Shown here piece by piece: positions 54,820 to 64,000 of a stretch of 64,000 nt of DNA; the stretch's first letter is position 1, and every line of letters starts with the position of its first letter. This stretch comes from Paraspadella gotoi. Taxonomy: Eukaryota > Animalia > Chaetognatha. The stretch lies in assembly GCA_051294375.1 (NCBI GenBank), contig CM119267.1, positions 7,978,683 through 8,042,682 on the forward strand, written 5' to 3'. The translations under genes and the position numbers were made by a program. The notes under the pieces were generated by a model, which saw only the letters and a program-made list of their open reading frames with translations, was not told the DNA's origin and did not search any database.

Positions 54820-56458
54820 TCCGCACAAGTGCCTCTCGTGTTTTTCAATGAGTTTTAATCATTCCCTCAACTTTTATTACCTCCCGGGTTTTTTTTTTCT
54901 GAATTTTTCCTTCGCCCATTTAAAAACCTTTGAACGAGTTTATTGATTTTTTTTGGATCGCAGTTTCGAAAGCCTCGAAGGCGTAGTCTTGAGGAGGGGG
55001 TGTGTCGAGAAAAAAAAAAGAGAACCACGAAGAAAGAGCCACATAAAAATAACGTAAATATAAATGAAGAAACTTGTCTTTTTTATTCATTCTCTCGTTT
55101 ACGTCGCGGTCGAGAGAGGGCGCGGTCATTAACGCCATTCCCTGGCGTAACGAGAACGGCTTCCCGGACGCGCCCCCGGGGTTTCTTAACAACGCTGATT
55201 ATTACTTTTGTTCGCGGTTTTTAAAACGACATTAGTTTCAGTTATTGCTACTTGTTTCTCAGCTATGATTTTTCTCTGATTATGCGTCGATTGGAATACA
55301 ATCGTAGTCAGCTCTCTTCTCATAGTCACAGATTTTCCTTTTCATTATTATTCACATCTTCTTTCCAACTTCCCATTTTTTTAATGATCCTCATTTCTTG
55401 TTCTCGATGTGACTCGATAAGACCCTTTACGGCCAGTCCATCGTCAAATAGTCAAAACGTTTAAATGCAATACCTGTACATAATTTGAGTCCCCAAATAA
55501 TTATCTCTTTTCTCTCTTNNNNNNNNNNNNNNNNNNNNNNNNNTTTTCATTATTATTCACATCTTCTTTCCAACTTCCCATTTTTTTTAATGATCCTCAT
55601 TTCTTGTTCTCGATGTGACTCGATAAGACCCTTTACGGCCAGTCCATCGTCAAATAGTCAAAACGTTTAAATGCAATACCTGTTACATAATTTGAGTCCC
55701 CAAATAATCACGCCAGATGTCCTTAAGTAAAAGTATTTACTCTTTATATAGTTTAACAAAAGAGCATCCAATCTTTTTTTTTCCACGATCCGCGACCGAT
55801 TCTTGTTTCCATTTTCGATGCCCCCGTCTTCGCTCTTTTTTTTTTCCGGCGTCACCCCTTAATCTTTTTTTTTTCCTCCCTAGAATAATCCTTTTGTTGG
55901 CCTTAATTCCTCTGTCCCCTTAATTCCTCCGTCCCCTCCCTTCTCCCGCTTCCACCTCTCAACCCCCCCCCTTTTTCGCCCCTTAATTCCTCCTTAACCC
56001 CTTCATTCATCGTTGGAAAGGTGGGAGAGTCATTCCGCAGGATTTCCTTTCGCCCCAGAATTTTCAATCTCTCTCTCTCTCTCTCTCTCTTTTTCTCCGG
56101 TTTTACGCGCCCTAGTTTTTTCTCTCTCTTCTTTGTCGTGCGCTTTTTCTTCGCGCTTTCTTTCTTTATTTTCTTATTATCTCCTTCTTCTCTTGTTAAC
56201 TTTTCTTCTGTCATCTTCTCTTCTCTTTTTTTTTTTCTTATCTCGGCGGCGCGATTAAAGATCGAGTGATTCGAATGTTGGCTCAGTAATCAGTATCATA
56301 ATAATTATGATCATAATAATAAATCGCCGGTCGCTTTGTGAGGTTTGTAGGAAAAACCCAAAAATTAGTTCCAAGATGAAGAGTTATTATCTCCGCAATG
56401 TTATAGGTAAAGAAACGTCATTGTTGTTGTCGTAATCGTCGTTACTATGGTCGTCGTC

Positions 56459-56460
<2 letters not shown>

Positions 56461-56527
<67 letters not shown>
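56461..56527. repeat. (CAT)n microsatellite
   Basis: Perfect trinucleotide run; duplicate at about 60263-60329. Confidence 0.97.
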
Positions 56528-56642
56528 TTCGGGCGCCAAATCGACGCAGACTCTGATTCTTCGTCGCCTTCACAGAATCACGACGAAATCATCACTTGCC
56601 TTTCTCTCTCTCTCTCTCTCTCATTCTCTCCTCTCTCTCTCT

Positions 56643-56696
<54 letters not shown>

Positions 56697-56819
56697 TCCT
56701 AACTCCCTCCTCTCTTGTTTCTGCCGCGTCCTTTGACCCTTTTCCTTTTTCCCTTTTTTTTTCTCTCTTTTTCTTTTTTCCCGTCGCCGCCCGATTGTCT
56801 CTCGTTCGACAACCGATTA

Positions 56820-56952
56820 GATCGTCCTTCCCTTGTCTTATAAAGATCTTATAAAGATCGTCCTTCCCTTGTCTTATAAAGATCTTATAAAGATCGTCCT
56901 TCCCTTGTCTTATAAAGATCTTATAAAGATCGTCCTTCCATTGTCTTATAAG
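56820..56952 (+). repeat. 36-bp minisatellite, 3 full units plus a partial
   Basis: Unit GATCGTCCTTCCCTTGTCTTATAAAGATCTTATAAA, head-to-tail with no spacers. Confidence 0.95.
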
Positions 56953-57406
56953 GGTCGCCGAATGAGAGATAACAATTTTAAGACTCTATTGATATTTTTT
57001 TTAAATTTAATAATTTTTTTGGAATTAAATTGAATTTAAATATAGAGTTTATATATTGCTAAACAATAAAAATTATAAAAGTAATCCATTTTTCAACCTT
57101 TATGTAGTTTCTGTTTTTTAGAACTAGGTTTTCTTTTAATAAAACTCTAAAATCAGGATAGAAAAATACAATGACAAAGAAGATTCTTTCTCTCTTATCG
57201 ACTTTTGTTCAAACTCGTTTTGATTTGTCTCTTTCGTTTAAATTGCACTCCGTCCATTGCATAAGACGCGTCCATTTCGGATTTATTTTTTTACATCAAA
57301 ACCCATTTGCTAATGTTCTCTTCATTGAAAAAACCTCGCATCGTTTGGCAGTGAGAGTCGGAAAGATTCAAATGAAAAGAACTCCGATTGTGGGCGGGTT
57401 TCGTTT

Positions 57407-57440
<34 letters not shown>

Positions 57441-60260
57441 NNNNNNNNNNNNNNNNNNNNNNNNNACAATTTCATTTTTCTTTCTTATATTTCGTCCGTC
57501 CGGTTTTGATAAATCTTGTTTACGATCTTGTTCACTCCTCCCCTCAGTTTTGATTACGGTTTAAAGACGAAGCTCGGTGGTCGTTATTTTGATCTTAAGT
57601 CTATCTGTTGAGTTCGACGGTATTTACAAATTTAACAATTTTAGACATCGTTTTATCTATTTGGAGTCAGGAGTTTCACCGAAGATTCTCTGTCTCTCAA
57701 AGGAGCTTTTTTATAATTAATCAATCGAATTTGTTCTCAAGTTAAAAACTTAGTCATATTCCGAGCCAAGAATTCGCGACCTCAGCGATTACATAAAAAA
57801 AGAAAGAAGAGAGAATAAAAAAAAAAGGTTTTCAATCGTTTCGTCGTGGAGCCGTTAGAGGGCGTATCCAAAGGTGCGGTCGTCGTCTAGAAAGATCGAA
57901 AGATCGCAGATGTTTCCGACTCGATATCTCCGAAACTCCGGATCCCCTTTTTTTTTTTTTTTTTTTTTCGAGTGGATAAAATTGGGAGTCACTGGTATTC
58001 CGATCTTCGGACCCCCTTTGGCTTCGGAGAGGGATTGACGGGTGAGGCAGCTGGGGATTCCGCGCCGATTCCGCAGGATTAATCTCTTTACTTCACTTTA
58101 GCTTCTTTGGTTTAATTTTTTTTTTATTATGTTTGTTATTTATCGTGTTAAATCCTTTCTTGGATATTTAGTAAGAGTTTTTAATTTCAACAACGATTTT
58201 TTCTACATGAAAACGTACATGCTTAATGCGAGACTTCATAATTTTTTACGCCTCTATATTTCGCTTTTATTATTGTTTTGAAGTAGTACTATTACTACAG
58301 CGAACCAAAATAATGCATAGACTTTTTTACTTTACAATTACAATTCAATTTCTCATTCAATTTTTTAATAATAATTCAAATATAATTCAAATATAATTCA
58401 AATTCATTCTTTATTTTAAAAAGAATTATTATAATTTACTTTATGGATTGGGAATTTTGTACGAAATTTTTACTTCGCCCTAATTTTTCTATAAATTTTT
58501 TTTTTTGATCCGCCGCCTCTGGCCGCACAGGCGCCCTTGGTTGTCTTTTTTTGGGAAATAAAGGACAAAGAGGAAGAGGAGGAGGAGGAGGAGGAGGCTG
58601 TTACCAGGTGGAGATTAGAGAAAGTGATCAGGTTGTGTCATCTCTCACAAAGACCTCGTCGTTTTCAACAGGACATTAACTTAAAAGAGTAATATTCGAA
58701 TCCCTGTGGGGATTGTTTTGGCGGGCGGGGCGCGCTCTCTCTCTCTCTCTCTCTCTCTCTTCTTCTCTTCTTCTCTCTCTCTTCTCTCTCTCTCTCTCAT
58801 CTCTCTTCTCTCTCTCTCCCTCGTTTCCGCACAAGTGCCTCTCGTGTTTTTCAATGAGTTTTAAATCATTCCCATCAACTTTTATTACCTCCCGGGTTTT
58901 TTTTTTTCTGAATTTTTCCTTCGCCCATTTAAAAACCTTTGAACGAGTTTATTGATTTTTTTTGGATCGCAGTTTCGAAAGCCTCGAAGGCGTAGTCTTG
59001 AGGAGGGGTGTGTCGAGAAAAAAAAAGAGAACCACGAAGAAAGAGCACATAAAAATAACGTAAAATATAAATGAAGAAACTTGTCTTTTTATTCATTCTC
59101 TCGTTTTACGTCGCGGTCGAGAGAGGGCGCGGTCATTAACAGCCATTCCACTGGCGTAACGAGAACGGCTCTCGCGACGCGCCCCCCGGGTTTCTTAACA
59201 ACGCTGATTATTACTTTTTGTTCGCGGTTTTTAAAACGACATTAGTTTTCAGTTATTGCTACTTGTTTCTCAGCTATGATTTCTCTGATTATGCGTCGAT
59301 TGGAATACAATCGTAGTCAGCTCTCTTCTCATAGTCACAGATTTTCCTTTTCATATTATATTCACATCTTCTTCCAACTTCCCATTTTTTTTTAATGATC
59401 CTCATTTCTTGTTCTCGATGTGACTCGATAAACCTTTACGGCCAGTCCATCGTCAAATAGTCAAAACGTTTAAATGCAATACCTGTACATAATTGAGTCC
59501 CCAAATAATCACGCCAGATGTCCTTAAGTAAAAGTATTTACTCTTTATATAGTTTAACAAAAGAGCATCCAATCTTTTTTTTTCCACGATCCGCGACCGA
59601 TTCTTGTTTCCATTTTCGATGCCCCCGTCTTCGCTCTTTTTTTTTTTCCGGCGTCACCCTTAATCTTTTTTTTTCCTCCCTAGAATAATCCTTTTGTTGG
59701 CCTTAATTCCTCTGTCCCCTTAATTCCTCCGTCCCCTCCCTTCTCCCGCTTCCACCTCTCAACCCCCCCCTCTTTCCGCCCCTTAATTCCTCCTTAACCC
59801 CTTCATTCATCGTTGGAAAGGTGGGAGAGTCATTCCGCAGGATTTCCTTTCGCCCCAGAATTTTCAATCTCTCTCTCTCTCTCTCTCTCTCTTTTTCTCC
59901 GGTTTTACGCGCCCTAGTTTTTTCTCTCTCTTCTTTGTCGTGCGCTTTTTCTTCGCGCTTTCTTTCTTTATTTTCTTATTATCTCCTTCTTCTCTTGTTA
60001 TCTTTTCTTCTGTCATCTTCTCTTCTCTTTTTTTTTTTCTTATCTCGGCGGCGCGATTAAAGATCGAGTGATTCGAATGTTGGCTCAGTAATCAGTATCA
60101 TAATAATTATGATCATAATAATAAATCGCCGGTCGCTTTGTGAGGTTTGTAGGAAAAACCCAATCATTAGTTCCAAGATGAAGAGTTATTATCTCCGCAA
60201 TGTTATAGGTAAAGAAACGTCATTGTTGTTGTCGTAATCGTCGTTACTATGGTCGTCGTC

Positions 60261-60329
<69 letters not shown>

Positions 60330-60412
60330 TTCGGGCGCCAAATCGACGCAGACTCTGATTCTTCCGTCGCCTTCACAGAATCACGACGAAATCATCACTT
60401 GCCTTTCTCTCT

Positions 60413-60496
<84 letters not shown>

Positions 60497-60620
60497 CCTT
60501 CCTAACTCCCTCCTCTCTTGTTTCTGCCGCGTCCTTTGACCCTTTTCCTTTTTCCCTTTTTTTTTCTCCTTTTTCTTTTTTCGCCGTCGCCGCCCGATTG
60601 TCTCGTTCGACAACCGATTA

Positions 60621-60789
60621 GATCGTCCTTTCCTTGTCTTATAAAGATCTTATAAAGATCGTCCTTCCCTTGTCTTATAAAGATCTTATAAAGATCGTCC
60701 TTCCCTTGTCTTATAAAGATCTTATAAAGATCGTCCTTCCCTTGTCTTATAAAGATCTTATAAAGATCGTCCTTCCATTGTCTTATAAG
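60621..60789 (+). repeat. 36-bp minisatellite, 4 full units plus a partial (second copy of the locus)
   Basis: Same unit as 56820-56952 with one extra repeat. Confidence 0.95.
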
Positions 60790-61262
60790 GGTCGCCGAAT
60801 GAGAGATAACAATTTTTAAGACTCTATTGATATTTTTTTTAAATTTAATAATTTTTTTGGAATTAAATTGAATTTAAAATATAGAGTTTATATATTGCTA
60901 AACAATAAAAATTATAAAAGTAATCCATTTTTCAACCTTTATGTAGTTCTCGTTTTTTTGGAACTAGGTTTTTCATTTAATAAAAAAAAGTCTAACCTCT
61001 AAAATCAGGATAGAAAAATACAATGACAAAGAAGATTCTTTCTCTCTTATCGACTTTTGTTCAAACTCGTTTTGATTTGTCTCTTTCGTTTTAAATTGCA
61101 CTCCGTCCATTGCATAAGACGCGTCCATTTCGGATTTATTTTTTTACATCAAAACCCATTTGCTAATGTTCTCTTCATTGAAAAAACCTCGCATCGTTTG
61201 GCAGTGAGAGTCGGAAGATTCAAATGAAAAGTACTCCGATTGTGGGCGGGTTTCGTTGTCTC

Positions 61263-61359
<97 letters not shown>

Positions 61360-61477
61360 ATCTGGCGTCGAGAAAAAGTCATTTTGGGTGACACATTGAC
61401 AAAATTGGTTACGCCCCTGCTGCGGCTGGAGAGGAAACTTTTGGAGGAAAACGCCGCCGCTTCTCTCCTCTCTCTCT

Positions 61478-61512
<35 letters not shown>

Positions 61513-62614
61513 CCTCTCTCTCTTCTCTCCTCCTCTCTCTCTCTCTTTCTCATTCCACGCCTAAGTTGATTCGCCGATTTTCTAACGTCCCGTGTGCAAT
61601 TTAAAAAATAAGTGTCTCTCTCGTTCGCTCTGTCCGGATATTTTTTTTGCTTTATTTGTTCTCAACACCGAACTGTTTGAATTACAGATCATGCACTCGA
61701 AGGATCGGATTATCACCGATTCAACATCGTACATGTTTACAATTCAGTCCATTTTATTGTAGTTCCTTCATCTACTTCACTTTCTGAATAGGGTCGAAAA
61801 AAAAAAAGAATAAAGAGTGAAAAGTTTTTTGCCGGTGAACGCCAGCCCCTCGCGTGGCTCCTTTCATTCTTCTTTCTTTCACTTTAATTCTTCTCGTTTT
61901 TTTTTTTTTCACTTCACCTTTTTTTAAAGTCGCGGATGGCAAATTTTAAGAGATATTTCTGTTTAAATTGGTTGTATTTCAACATTGTAAATAAAAAATT
62001 AAAAAAACGTATAAGCTTTTATTTAAAAAAAATCTCAGGAGATATTTTTTTTGGATTGCCTAATTATAATCAATATTTTGGAAAGAAAATTAATTGGACC
62101 TATATATAAAACGTAAAATAAGGATAATAATTTAGTTTTAAACGAGATTGTGTTTTGTTTAAATTGGTTAACTGACGTGTTTATTCCTTTTTATTTATGA
62201 TTTATATCAATTTTGCCCCCTACCGTTCCTTTCTACTTTTCTTTTTAACTACTCCACCCCCTTTTTTCCCAAAACCCCCTCTCTTTTTTTTGTGTGTTTC
62301 TGTTCCTCCCTGGTTCGCGAATCCCGGTTCCCTGTGTTTGGAGAGGGTGGATCCCTTGTGTACACTTGTTCCCCCGCCAAACTAAGTATCTCCCCCTTTT
62401 TCGGCGTCTGGGCGGCGGCTGCTACCGCCGCGGCGAAGGCCGCCGCTGAGGCACCGGCGCTGCCGCGGGGTCTCTCTTTTGGTCAACGGGCACCCGGCTG
62501 AGAGAGAGAGAGAGGTGGCGGTGGAGAGAGGGAATGTGGAAGGGAATAAAGTCCAAAATAAGTTTCTAGACATATCCTGGAAACGCCAGGAATACCAAAG
62601 GGGAGGATCCGCGA

Positions 62615-62684
<70 letters not shown>

Positions 62685-64000
62685 TATTGACTCAGGTTAC
62701 CCCTTAAATCCTCCCCTTAACATCGACATTCCCTCGTCAGGAATATCTTGATGCCCTAAAGGGAGGAGGATATTTCTCTCCCCCTCTCTCTCTCCCTCCC
62801 TCTCTCTTTTTCTCTCCCTCTCTTTCTCTCCCCCACCGAATTAGATTCTTCCTTTTCGTTGTTTTTCTGCTAAAATTTCTGAGGAAACTGAGATTTCATT
62901 CTGAGATAAAAAAAAAATCTTTGCTCCTTTGCGAGGCTTCGCTCTCTTCGTCCTCGACAAAAACAAAAGATAAACACATAAATAAAAGAAGAAACAAATT
63001 CTCTGAAATGAAATCGCGAAATGAGGCGAAAGCTGACCCCGCCCTTTCAACAGAATCTTGTCCACCTTTTCTTCTCCGTCCAAATAACTATTTTCCTCCA
63101 ATTAAATGCCCAAAAGCCGTATCCTCCCTTACCACTTCACCCCCCCTTCCACCTTACCTCTCATCTTTAAACCTCCCCCCTTCCCAATCTGGACTCAAAC
63201 CCCCGCTCCCCCCCTTCCGTCGATTCTAAACCAGAATCTCTGGCGCCGCTGTTCTTTTTTTTTCTCTTTCTTCGATTTAATTCTCGCCGCCTTTCGCGTT
63301 TCCTTCGCTTTCCGCTCCGCGTCGCTCGTCGTTCGACGTCGATTTCCGACTTCTTGTTTTCCTCCCCATTACATCTCGACTGCTACCGCAACCCGAGTAC
63401 CCATTACCCGTTTCCTCTCGCATCCCGGTTGCTTTCCACTCTCGGCCTCGGACCAATCCCCGACCTAGTTTCGCTTTTTAAGACTCAGCGTTATCCTTGA
63501 CTCTTCGTATCCCACTTTCCCAGCTTACCCGCCCCAGCCCCAGCCCCAGCCCAATCCCCGTGCTCGCTTCTGGATTTCGTCAACTTGCATCGCACCGAAT
63601 CGTAATTTGAAATTTGCGTCTTTCTTTGCCGTCAAATAAAGCTTTTCGCTTTGAGGTCGAAGTTGATGGAATTGAAGAAGATTCAAATAGTGCGGGGTCA
63701 ATATGCTAACAAAGGCACTAAGAGAGAGAGAGTTGAAGATACGAGTGCTTTCTTTCCCAGCCTATGCTTGTCTCTCCTTCTCTTTCTCGGGGCGTGGTTT
63801 CGAATTTAAGGTTTGCTTTTTTTTACTTTAAAACCCAGATACAACCACGCCCGTTTTCTTCTTTATTGATAAAGAAAAGTTCGTTAGTATCTAGTTATAA
63901 TTCGCAAACGAACGGAAGAACCAACGATTTCAAGTTATTATACCAAAAAGAAAAAAAAACCATTGTTTTTTCTTTCATTGTGAACACCCTCCACACGCCC

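Larger units (their letters stand above)
53478..61260 (+). repeat. Duplication, 53478-57440 repeated as 57466-61260 across a 25-N gap; small overlap duplication 55341-55518/55544-55710 at another 25-N gap
   Basis: Near-identical collinear sequence including the (GGA)n, (CAT)n and 36-bp VNTR tracts. Confidence 0.93.

Noticed and set aside
56820-56952. 36-bp repeat as a CRISPR array or as a repeat protein (SYKDLIKIVLPL)n
   Set aside because: Units are head-to-tail with no spacers, there are no cas genes and the context is eukaryotic. The open frame follows from the unit length being a multiple of 3.

Overview
Eukaryotic, most likely invertebrate animal, genomic DNA. It is AT-rich, not visibly CpG-depleted, and very dense in microsatellites ((CT/AG)n, (GAC)n, (TTTC)n, (CAT)n). 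I recognise no known gene, rRNA, intact tRNA, CRISPR array or other prokaryotic system, and nearly all listed ORFs are translations of simple repeats. Roughly a quarter of the window is tandemly duplicated sequence: 17806-22680 vs 22693-31994, 31995-32673 vs 32770-33420, about 33420-40860 vs 40861-49908, and 53478-57440 vs 57466-61260. One copy of each pair carries long-read-type indel noise, and 25-N gaps lie at or within several of these blocks. They look like two haplotypes laid side by side by gap filling. This exposes filled and empty sites of mobile elements: a complete DINE-1/HINE-like non-autonomous Helentron (23496-26473, with an older relic at about 48680-48935), a hAT-like MITE (29537-30751) and a long-inverted-repeat element (45130-47020). 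Other points of interest are a splice-phase-consistent orphan gene candidate (5262-6541), a diverged ~495-bp duplication with codon-like conservation (47300-48180), and a 36-bp VNTR with different copy number in the two copies. All alignments were done by eye.
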